A DNA stretch of 28,686 nt from a virus. Lineage: Duplodnaviria; Caudoviricetes. This document shows, in pieces, positions 1 to 7,870 of the stretch (positions are counted from its first letter, which is position 1; every line of letters begins with the position of its first letter). Position numbers and translations under genes: made by a program. Below the pieces are notes generated by a model, which did no database searches, was not told the origin of the DNA, and saw only the letters and a program-made list of their open reading frames with translations. Where the stretch lies: IMG/VR virus record IMGVR_UViG_3300037313_001108, positions 1-28,686 of that record; one strand, 5' to 3'.

Positions 1-780
1 TGGTATGCCGACCAACTGGCGGCTGACGGCAAGGTCCAGGCCGCGCTGGAAGATCGCGGAATCCGCCTAGCGGCCATTTCGAAGTTCGGCCTGGGCTTCG
101 CGCCAGCGCGCAAGGGCGTCGCGGCGTGCGGCGCATCGACCGAAGCGCTGGTTGCCGCCGGGCTGCTGAAGGAAGACGAACGGAGCGGGGCTTATCGCGA
201 CCAGTTCCGCAATCGCATCATGATTCCGGTGCATGACGCCCGCGGCCGCATCGTCGGCTTCGCCGGGCGAATCCACGAGTCGGCGGCCCCAACCAAGCCA
301 ACCGGGGCCGCACCGCCCAAATATATCAACAGCGAAGAGTCGCCGCACTTCAGCAAGGGCGACCTGCTGTTCAACCTGCACCGGGCATCGGCGGCGGCTC
401 GAGCATCGCGCCGCCTGATCATCGTCGAAGGCCAGCTGGACACGATCGCGCTGGACAGCATCGGCATCGCCGAAACGGTCGCGCCAATGGGCACGGCGCT
501 AACGGAAAAGCAGCTGGAACGGGCCTGGCGCGTCGCGCACTGCCCGGTGCTGCTGTTCGACGCCGATGCCGCCGGCAGGAAGGCGGCGCTGCGCGCTGCC
601 GAACGGGCGATGCCGCACGTTGGCCCAGGCCAGTCGCTGGCGATCGCGCAGCTGCCCGACGGCGAAGACCCCGACAGCCTGGCCCGATCGGGCGGCCGCG
701 ACGCTATCGAAGCGGTCATCGCCGCGGCCGTGCCGCTCGCCGAATGGCTGTTCCAGACGTTGCTGGATGCGGCGGCATGA
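1..780 (+). CDS. DnaG-type DNA primase catalytic core (TOPRIM), 5'-truncated by the window edge
   Basis: Frame is open from base 1 (WYADQL...FGLGFAP...RDQFRNRIMIPV...GRIVGFAGR). DnaG motifs KYINSEESPHFSKG, IVEGQLD, MGTALT, FDADAAG, GEDPD. Stop TGA at 778-780. Confidence 0.92.
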   Translation, partial: WYADQLAADGKVQAALEDRGIRLAAISKFGLGFAPARKGVAACGASTEALVAAGLLKEDERSGAYRDQFRNRIMIPVHDARGRIVGFAGRIHESAAPTKPTGAAPPKYINSEESPHFSKGDLLFNLHRASAAARASRRLIIVEGQLDTIALDSIGIAETVAPMGTALTEKQLERAWRVAHCPVLLFDADAAGRKAALRAAERAMPHVGPGQSLAIAQLPDGEDPDSLARSGGRDAIEAVIAAAVPLAEWLFQTLLDAAA

Positions 781-1637
781 ACGCCCCGGTGAATCACTGG
801 CCGCAACTGTCGCGGCCGCTCGAGGGCGCAAAACTGGTCGTCATCAGTCACGGCGGCGGCGTGCAGACGACGGCCATGTGCCTGATGGCGGCGCTGGGCG
901 AAATCACGCCCATGCCCGACCTGGCGATCTTCGCCGACACGGGCGGCGAACTTCGGCGAACCTATGATCTGCTGGACTGGCTGCAGGCGCAGGTTCCGTT
1001 CCCGATCGTGCGCGTGCGGCGTCCAGGGCCATCGCTGGGCGACACGATGCTGCAGGTCGCGTCGGGGAAGCGACGGCGCGAAAAGACGCCGCTGGTGCCC
1101 TTCTATGCGCTCGCCGCGGATGGCGAACGGTCGATGCTGCCGAAGCAATGTTCGAAAGACTATAAGACGCGCGTCGTCGCCCGCGAAATCGCCCGACGAC
1201 TCGGCATCGGCGACGGCAAGCGCGGCCCCCGCACCCCCGCAGTCGAACTGTGGATTGGCATGACCCGCGACGAAATGATGCGGGTCGCGACCAACGAACG
1301 GAAGTGGATTCACAACCGGCACCCCCTGGTCGAACTGAACATGCACCGCCGCGACGTCGTGCGATGGTTCGAACGCCGCGGCTTTCCGCTGCCGACGAAA
1401 TCGTCCTGTATCTTCTGCCCGTTCCGCGACAATCCAGCCTGGGCGCGGATGAAGTCTGAAGACCCCGCCGACTTCGATCGTGCTTGCCAGTTCGATGACG
1501 CCGTTCGCGCTGGTTGGCCGGGCATCGACGGGAAGGTCTTCATTCACCGCAATTTCGAGCCGCTGCGCGATGCCGTGCTGACCGAGCCGGACCCGCAGCT
1601 GGACTTCTTCACCGACTGCGAAAGCTGCGGGATATGA
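777..1637 (+). CDS. PAPS-reductase-like (adenine nucleotide alpha-hydrolase/PP-loop) protein, Cys-rich
   Basis: Start at ATG 777 by ATGA overlap with the primase stop. Motifs VISHGGGVQT, IFADTGGE, CSKDYK, WIG, HPL, KSSCIFCPF and C-terminal CESCG. Confidence 0.8.
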   Translation: MNAPVNHWPQLSRPLEGAKLVVISHGGGVQTTAMCLMAALGEITPMPDLAIFADTGGELRRTYDLLDWLQAQVPFPIVRVRRPGPSLGDTMLQVASGKRRREKTPLVPFYALAADGERSMLPKQCSKDYKTRVVAREIARRLGIGDGKRGPRTPAVELWIGMTRDEMMRVATNERKWIHNRHPLVELNMHRRDVVRWFERRGFPLPTKSSCIFCPFRDNPAWARMKSEDPADFDRACQFDDAVRAGWPGIDGKVFIHRNFEPLRDAVLTEPDPQLDFFTDCESCGI

Positions 1638-3748
1638 ACGCCCCCGCCAACATCACGCCCGAAGGCCGCGCGGGTCTTTGGCGCCGCCTGGCGGCGCTCG
1701 CCGGGGTCATCCAGGACGCCGAAACGAAGGCGCAATATCTCGCCGACTGGCGCCAACGCTTCGACAAGCTGTTTCCCCCTGCGCCCCCCGGCCTCAACGA
1801 TGACGACATGCTTCCAGATGGAAGGCAGTCGGCCGTTTCATCGCTGGGGGAGAGGGACGCGCGGCGATTAAGGTCGGTCGCGGCGGCCTGGCTGAAGCGA
1901 ACGGCCGAATGGGCGCCGGAAACGCCCGCCAAGGCCGGGCGCTGGGCGTGGGACGTCGGACGGCGAGTCACTGCCGGGCTGATCGACGAAACGGTCGCCG
2001 GTGAAGCGCTCGAGCGCTGCGCAGCCGCGCTGGTCGAAAAGCACCCGCAAGCCGACGTCGCCGACTTCCGCCGATCGTTCGACATCGGCAAGCGCCGCGG
2101 GTTCGACCTGGGGCCGCAGCTGCTGGACATGAAATGCGCCCAATATGAGCGCACCGACATGGGCAACGCCGAACGCTGGCTGGCCCGCTACGGCCAGGAT
2201 TATCTCTATACGACCGCCAAGGGCTGGCTGGGCTGGGACGGCCGCCGCTATCGCGTGCTGAACCAGGAAAAGGATTCGACGCCCGCCGAAGTCATGGCGA
2301 GCGTGTTCGCGACCGTCAGGGCCATCCAAGACGAAGCGCATTTCGTGCGTCAGACCGGCTTTGCCGAAGACGTCTATTTCGACGAACGGGCGCTGAAGGA
2401 TGGCGACCCGCGCGAGCCGCACGGCATGAACCGCTTCATCGGCACCGGTCGCAAGGTCGAAACGCTCGCCGAAAAGATCGCCGCCTGGGGGCGGACGTCG
2501 GAAGCCGCCGGCAAGCTGGGCTGCATCGCCAATCTGGCGAAGCGCTGGGTGACGGTCGAACTCAGTGACTTCGACACTGACCCGATGCTGCTGAACTGCT
2601 TGAACGGCACGCTGCGCTTCTATCCGCCGGACGAAGAAGGGCCGGCCAGGGTCGAACTGCATCCGCACGACCGCGCCGACCGGCTGACCAAGCTGACCGC
2701 CTGCGACTATGACAAAGACGCGCCAGCGCCGCTGTTCCAGAAAACGGTCAGATGGGCGCAGCCCGATCGGGCGCAACGCCGCTACCTGCGCCAATGGCTT
2801 GGTTACAACCTGACCGGCGACATGGGCGAACAGATATTTCACATCTGGTATGGCCCCAAGGCCGCGAACGGCAAGTCGACCATCGGCAACCAGTGCCGCG
2901 AAGCGATTGGCGACTATGGCGACACGATCAACGTCGAATCCTTCCTGGACGAAGGCCAGAAGAAGCGCGGCGACCAAGCGACGCCCGACCTGGTCCGATT
3001 GCCGGGCGTTCGCTTCCTCACCGCCGGCGAGCCGCCGAAGGGCGCGAAGATCAACGAATCGCTGATCAACAGCGTCACCGGCGGCGACCCGATGAACGTG
3101 CGCGATAATTTCCGCTCCTTCTTCCGCTTCAACCCGTTGTTCAAATTCACCCTATGGTGCAACGCCAGGCCGTCGATTCCGCAAGGGACGGCGGGCATCT
3201 GGCGGCGCGTCAAGGTCATCCCCTGGGAACAGCACCTCGAGGAACACGAACGCGATCGCGACCTGCCGAAGAAGCTGCGCGCCGAATATGCCGGCACGCT
3301 CGCTTGGATGGTGCGGGGCTTGCTCGACTGGATGGACAACGGGTTCGTCGAACCCGACGCCGTGCAGCTGGCAAGCGCGGACTACAAACACGACAGCGAC
3401 CCGCTTTCGAACTTCCTGCGCTATTGCACGGCCCTGGACCCCGATGCGCGCGTCCAGTCGTCGGTCCTGTATGAAGTCTTTTGCGCCTGGGCCAAGGCGG
3501 TCGGCGAACGCGAATGGCAGCAGAAGGGCTTTAGCGTCGCCCTGAAGGAAAAGGGGCTGGTTTCCAGGGCGTCGAACGGCATGCACTGGATAGGCATAAA
3601 GCTGACTAAGACCAAACACGACTTTGTCGATGAACACGGCAAGGTCATCGAAATCGCCGACGACGACTCGCCAGTTGACGATGCGCTGCCCGGCGCGACC
3701 CCCGCGCCCCCGATTGCAGACCCTGACGATGACGATGTCCCGTTCTGA
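1634..3748 (+). CDS. P4/D5-family SF3 helicase with an N-terminal DnaG-like helical segment
   Basis: ATG 1634 overlaps the upstream stop. D5_N-like TDMGNAERW...GWLGWDGRRY, LLNCLNGTL, Walker A GPKAANGKST, LPGVRF, TGGD, GIWRRVKVIPW, and a winged-helix-like C-terminal LYEVFCAW. Confidence 0.9.
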   Translation: MNAPANITPEGRAGLWRRLAALAGVIQDAETKAQYLADWRQRFDKLFPPAPPGLNDDDMLPDGRQSAVSSLGERDARRLRSVAAAWLKRTAEWAPETPAKAGRWAWDVGRRVTAGLIDETVAGEALERCAAALVEKHPQADVADFRRSFDIGKRRGFDLGPQLLDMKCAQYERTDMGNAERWLARYGQDYLYTTAKGWLGWDGRRYRVLNQEKDSTPAEVMASVFATVRAIQDEAHFVRQTGFAEDVYFDERALKDGDPREPHGMNRFIGTGRKVETLAEKIAAWGRTSEAAGKLGCIANLAKRWVTVELSDFDTDPMLLNCLNGTLRFYPPDEEGPARVELHPHDRADRLTKLTACDYDKDAPAPLFQKTVRWAQPDRAQRRYLRQWLGYNLTGDMGEQIFHIWYGPKAANGKSTIGNQCREAIGDYGDTINVESFLDEGQKKRGDQATPDLVRLPGVRFLTAGEPPKGAKINESLINSVTGGDPMNVRDNFRSFFRFNPLFKFTLWCNARPSIPQGTAGIWRRVKVIPWEQHLEEHERDRDLPKKLRAEYAGTLAWMVRGLLDWMDNGFVEPDAVQLASADYKHDSDPLSNFLRYCTALDPDARVQSSVLYEVFCAWAKAVGEREWQQKGFSVALKEKGLVSRASNGMHWIGIKLTKTKHDFVDEHGKVIEIADDDSPVDDALPGATPAPPIADPDDDDVPF

Positions 3749-4012
3749 CCCTTCCGTTCTGGAAGGGTGCGGAAGGGTCGCCGGAAGGGAGCCAGCGGCG
3801 GAAAACTGCCATTTCGGAAGGATGGAAGGGTCGCCGCCGAAAGTGCCGCACATGTGCGCATGCGCAGGCACATGTGAAGAAAGTTTCATATTCACCCTTC
3901 CATCCTTCCATCCTTCCACATGGACAAACGAAAAGGATGATTAGCCAATGACTTACGTCGGCCGAGCAATGAACGAACACCCTTCCGCCACCCTTCCGCG
4001 CGCTGGAAGGGT
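3748..4012. repeat. Iteron-like array of 12 GGAAGG(G/A)(T/A) octamers in both orientations around a palindromic core; putative replication origin
   Basis: Forward copies at 3761, 3771, 3783, 3816, 3824, 4005; reverse copies at 3748, 3894, 3902, 3910, 3979, 3990. Palindromes GCACATGTGC (3848-3857), TGCGCATGCGCA (3855-3866), CACATGTG (3869-3876). Confidence 0.75.
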
Positions 4013-4514
4013 GACCAGCGCCGCCGACTTCTGGACCTGGCAGGCGGTGCAGGAGCGCATGACCGAGGCGATGCGGCACTGGCGCCGGTCGCACGACATG
4101 GATGCACGCTTCAGCCTGGGCGGCCGCATATCGTCGATCTGGCGTCTGGCCTTCACCGATCGCATGGACCTTATTCGCCACGAACTGCTGACGGAGTTGC
4201 CTGCAGCCGACGCGCCGAAGCCGTTGCCGCTGTCGCGCGACGACATGGCCCGCATGACCGAAGCGTCGGAGTGGATGCGCTTCGTGCCCGAAGCCGACCG
4301 CCGACTGGTCGTCATCGTGCTGGGAAAGCTGGCGAGCGGCCATAAGACGGTGCCTTGGCTGACCATCTGGAAGGCGCTTGGCCGGGGCAGGCCCGGCCCC
4401 GACGGGCTGCGGTCGCGCTATTCCAGGGCGATCACCTGCATCGCCAACGAACTAAATGGCGGAAATCTGCGGAGACAGGCTGTCAAGCCCCCAGTTTCGT
4501 CGTCCATTAAATAA
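3948..4514 (+). CDS. DUF6362-like phage protein, putative late transcription regulator
   Basis: Pattern WTWQAVQERMTEA...MARMTEASEW...W..I...LRSRYSRAITCIANELN resembles DUF6362-like proteins found between replication and packaging genes. AAGGA RBS upstream; alternative ATG at 3969. Confidence 0.6.
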   Translation: MTYVGRAMNEHPSATLPRAGRVTSAADFWTWQAVQERMTEAMRHWRRSHDMDARFSLGGRISSIWRLAFTDRMDLIRHELLTELPAADAPKPLPLSRDDMARMTEASEWMRFVPEADRRLVVIVLGKLASGHKTVPWLTIWKALGRGRPGPDGLRSRYSRAITCIANELNGGNLRRQAVKPPVSSSIK

Positions 4515-4589
4515 ACCGTGCCCGCCGTCCATTAAAAGTCGGCTATGCCTGCAGCTAAGGTCGGAAGACCTATGGCCGCACACTCCCCG

Positions 4590-4626
4590 AAGGCCCGCCC
4601 AGTCCAGTGCTGCGGCGGGCCTTTTG
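4590..4626 (+). terminator. Possible intrinsic terminator upstream of the packaging genes
   Basis: Stem AAGGCCCGCC (4590-4599) / GGCGGGCCTT (4614-4623) followed by TTG; short U tract. Confidence 0.5.
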
Positions 4627-4645
4627 CTGGACGGTGACCGGTCGC

Positions 4646-4687
4646 GGGTCCTTCCCCCGGCCCACCCCTATTGCGGTGCGGCGAGGG
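4646..4687 (+). other. Lambda-type cos site (cosQ + cosN)
   Basis: GGGTCCT (4646-4652) is identical to lambda cosQ. It is followed by 23 nt and then GTGCGGCGAGGG (4676-4687), 8/12 identical to the lambda cohesive end GGGCGGCGACCT. Located just upstream of terS and a gpA-type terL. Confidence 0.75.
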
Positions 4688-4700
4688 GCGGAATCGCAGC

Positions 4701-4770
4701 GTTCAGACCCGTTTCCACATTTTGAACTTATTGAACTTTTCCCGTTCAATCGGGGGTTCAACGGGTTCAC
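4701..4770. promoter_or_regulatory. cosB-like repeat cluster (candidate TerS binding sites)
   Basis: TTGAAC at 4722 and 4731; GTTCAA at 4744 and 4756; GTTCAG at 4701; GTTCAC at 4765. AT-rich patch directly after cosN. Confidence 0.5.
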
Positions 4771-4885
4771 ACACGCCCGGCGATGAGCCGGGCAACGAAG
4801 CGGCGGGCGGACTGGAACGCCCCCTTCAGCCTGTCCGCCGCTTAAACCGAAATCGAAAGGGGCCGACCTAACCGGAGCGATCGAC

Positions 4886-5542
4886 GTGCCGAAGCAGCTG
4901 ATGACGCAAGCCCAGTTCGCGCGTCATCGCGGCGTGTCGAAAGGGTCGGTTTCGAACTGGAAGAAGTCGGGGCTGCTGGTCTTCGCGGAAGGCGAGGGCG
5001 GCAAGCACCTGGTCGACGTCGCCAGGACCGAAGCCAAGCTGAACGCGAACCTGGACCCAGGGCGCGGTCGGCCGACGACAGGAATGACTGGCGCCGCCGA
5101 TGCGCCAGCTGCAGCTTCGCCGGGGGGTGAAGCGCCGGCGCTGCCGCTCGAGGAAGGGGCGGCGCCGGCTGCACCGCGCGACATGCGCGGCGACTATAAC
5201 GACGAACGGGTCCAGCACCTGCGCGAACAGCGCACGGGCCAGGCGCTGAAGAATGCGCAGCTGGCGAACGAACTGGTGCCGCTGGTCGAAGCCGAACGGC
5301 GGGTTGCGGAAATCGGGCGGGCGGCGCGCGAGCGGATGCACGCCTGGCTACGCAGCAATGCCGAGCGCTTCGCCGCCGAAAAGGACGTCCGCCAGATCAT
5401 GACGCTGGGCGAAGCGGGCATCGACCAGGTCTTCGCCGAACTCGCCGACTCGGCGGCGCGCGGCGACTTCGCCGGGCAGGAAGACGACGACCTGTCCGCC
5501 GAAGAAAAAGCGGAAATGGAAGCCGCCGCGGCGGTCGAATGA
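4886..5542 (+). CDS. terS: Terminase small subunit (Nu1-like)
   Basis: N-terminal HTH MTQAQFARHRGVSKGSVSNWKKSG, coiled coil with ELVPLVEAER; GTG start with a GGAG RBS; overlaps terL. Confidence 0.85.
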   Translation: MPKQLMTQAQFARHRGVSKGSVSNWKKSGLLVFAEGEGGKHLVDVARTEAKLNANLDPGRGRPTTGMTGAADAPAAASPGGEAPALPLEEGAAPAAPRDMRGDYNDERVQHLREQRTGQALKNAQLANELVPLVEAERRVAEIGRAARERMHAWLRSNAERFAAEKDVRQIMTLGEAGIDQVFAELADSAARGDFAGQEDDDLSAEEKAEMEAAAAVE

Positions 5543-7653
5543 CGTTCCAGTTCGATCGCTTCGGCGAGCATGCCGCGGCGCTGAAGAGGAACAGCCGTCG
5601 CCTGGACCGCGCGGCGGAGCGGGGGCTGCGGCCGCCGCCGCAGATGAACGTCAGCGAATGGGCGCCGCGCTATCGCCGGTTCCCGGACGACGATGCGTTC
5701 CCCGGTCCCTGGCGCAACGACACGGCGCCGGAACTGGTCGAAATCATGGACGCGCTGGCGCCGCATGACCCGTGCGAGGAAGTCGCGCTGATCAAGTGCG
5801 CCCAGTCGGGCGGGTCGGCGAGCGCGGAAAACTGGATTGGCTTCGTGTCGGACCTGCGCCCTGGCCCGATGCTGTTCGTGCAGGCGACGCTGAAGGCGGC
5901 CTGGGACTGGGCGGCGGAAAAGTTCTGGCCGATGGTCGAAGCGACCCCGCGGCTGAACCCCGACCGGGGCGGAACGATCAAGGCAATGGCCCTGCCCGAC
6001 GGTGACGGGTCGACGAAACAAAAGATCAAGTTCGCCAGGTCGAACGGCTATGTGCTGCTGGCCGGCGCGAACAGTGCAGCGGGCCTTCGCCAGCGCACCG
6101 TCCGCTATGCGGTCGAAGACGATTTGGACCAATGGCCCGACGACCTGGACGGCCAAGGCAGCCCCGAAGAAATGGTCGGGCAGCGGCTTAAGGTCTATCG
6201 CCGGCAGGGGCTGTCGAAGCGGCTGAAAATCTCGACGCCGACGATCAAGGGGGCGTCGAAGATCGAAGCGGCGCACAACGCGAGCGACCGCCGCCGCTAC
6301 TATCTGCAGTGCCCGCACTGCGGCGATCGGTTCGCGCCTCAATGGGCGGACATTCAATGGCCCGACGGCAAGCCGGAAGACGCGCACCTGGCCGCGCCGT
6401 GCTGCGGCGCCCAGGTCGACCACTGGCAGAAGGGCGCGATGAAGCTGGCCGATGGCTGGCTAAGTGAGGAAATCCCAGGGCCTGACGGCACGGTCGAAAA
6501 GCCGCCGCGGGTGCTGAGTGAAGAAGCGTTCCAGGAATGGCGCGCGAAGATGCCGGCGAGCCGCAAGCGCGGGTTTCACCTGTCGGGCATCATTTCGACG
6601 TTCCAGACCTGGGCCGACATGGCGACCGGCTTCGTCGGCGCGCAGGGCGACATCAACAAGCTGAAGACCTGGACGAACCTTGTCCTGGGCGACGTCTTCG
6701 AACTTAGCCGCGACGTTCCCGAATTCGACAAGCTGCTGGCGCTGAAGGAACAAGACTGGGGCCGCGGCGCGATGCCGGTCGGGCCGATCGTTATCACAAT
6801 GGGCGTCGACGTCCAGGCTGACGGGCTGTTCCTGGAAGTCGTCGGTCACGGGCCGCTGAAGGAAAGCTGGCAGCTGGATGCGCGGTTCATCGCCGGCGCG
6901 ACCGACGTGCCGATGCAAGGCGCCTGGGCCGACCTGGACGACTATTCGAAGCGCGGAACCGCCTTCCCCGGCGGCAAGGTGCTGCCGATCGACATGGAAG
7001 CGGTCGATGCCGGCTATCATACCGACGCGGCGCACGCTTATTGCGCACGGCGGCCGAACCGCCTGGCGGTCTTCGGCCGCGATGGCTGGACCCGGCCAAT
7101 CCTGGGCCGCGGCGAGGCCATCCGCTTCAACAAGCAAGGCCGGAAAGCGGGCCAGGCGACGAAGTCGGCCGACGACCGGGCGTTCCTGGTCGGCACCTTT
7201 TCGGCGAAGGCGACCTGGTATGGCTTCCTGCGCTCGAGCATCGCTTTTGCGAAGGCGATCGTCGAACAAGGGGCTGGGGCGGCAAAGCCGGTCGGACTGT
7301 GCCACTTCAGCCGCGACACGACCGACGAATGGTTCGAAATGGCGACCGCCGAAGCGGTCGTCGCGAAGATCGTCAACGGCTATCCGAAGCGGGTCTGGCA
7401 GCCGATGCCGGGCCGGCAAAACCACTATCTGGACTGCCGGATTTACAACCTGGCGGCGGCCGAACGGCTGCTGCTGGACACGCTGACCGACGCCGACTGG
7501 CAGAAGCTGCAGGCCGAGCGCTACGCGCCGAAGGACCCCGACCAGGGCGACCTGCTGGCGCCGGGCGTGAAGCCGAAAACCGAACCCAACGGCCAGACGA
7601 AGCCGCGCCGCGGCGACGACTGGATTGATCAGAAACCGAAGGATTGGCTGTAA
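5539..7653 (+). CDS. terL: Terminase large subunit, lambda gpA family
   Basis: VSEWA, PGPWR, KCAQSGGS (Walker A), ISTPT, CPHCG, GVDVQ, VDAGY, NHYLDC motifs. Confidence 0.95.
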   Translation: MTFQFDRFGEHAAALKRNSRRLDRAAERGLRPPPQMNVSEWAPRYRRFPDDDAFPGPWRNDTAPELVEIMDALAPHDPCEEVALIKCAQSGGSASAENWIGFVSDLRPGPMLFVQATLKAAWDWAAEKFWPMVEATPRLNPDRGGTIKAMALPDGDGSTKQKIKFARSNGYVLLAGANSAAGLRQRTVRYAVEDDLDQWPDDLDGQGSPEEMVGQRLKVYRRQGLSKRLKISTPTIKGASKIEAAHNASDRRRYYLQCPHCGDRFAPQWADIQWPDGKPEDAHLAAPCCGAQVDHWQKGAMKLADGWLSEEIPGPDGTVEKPPRVLSEEAFQEWRAKMPASRKRGFHLSGIISTFQTWADMATGFVGAQGDINKLKTWTNLVLGDVFELSRDVPEFDKLLALKEQDWGRGAMPVGPIVITMGVDVQADGLFLEVVGHGPLKESWQLDARFIAGATDVPMQGAWADLDDYSKRGTAFPGGKVLPIDMEAVDAGYHTDAAHAYCARRPNRLAVFGRDGWTRPILGRGEAIRFNKQGRKAGQATKSADDRAFLVGTFSAKATWYGFLRSSIAFAKAIVEQGAGAAKPVGLCHFSRDTTDEWFEMATAEAVVAKIVNGYPKRVWQPMPGRQNHYLDCRIYNLAAAERLLLDTLTDADWQKLQAERYAPKDPDQGDLLAPGVKPKTEPNGQTKPRRGDDWIDQKPKDWL

Positions 7654-7654
7654 G

Positions 7655-7864
7655 ATGCCCGCACCCGACTATGCGACCGAAATCGCCGCGCTCGAGGCGG
7701 GCCTTGCGAGCGGCGAAGCGCGCGTCGAATCCGATGGCGACGTGGTCGTTTATCGGGGCGTTGCCGACATCATGGCGGGAATCAAATATTTCCGCGACAA
7801 AGCGGCCGCCGCTGCGGGCACTTTGACCCGGCGCAGTTCGGTCGCGGTCTTCAACAGGGACTAG
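7655..7864 (+). CDS. Head-tail joining protein, gpW-like
   Basis: 69 aa IAALEAGLASGEARVESDGDVVVYR, located between terL and portal. Confidence 0.8.
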   Translation: MPAPDYATEIAALEAGLASGEARVESDGDVVVYRGVADIMAGIKYFRDKAAAAAGTLTRRSSVAVFNRD

Positions 7865-7870
7865 CGCGGC

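Noticed and set aside
3748-4012. Repeat cluster as a CRISPR array
   Set aside because: Units are 8 bp, in both orientations, with irregular spacing; no cas genes.
4776-4842. GC-rich imperfect hairpins upstream of terS as an ncRNA or riboswitch
   Set aside because: No recognisable family motif; such stems are expected by chance at this GC content.
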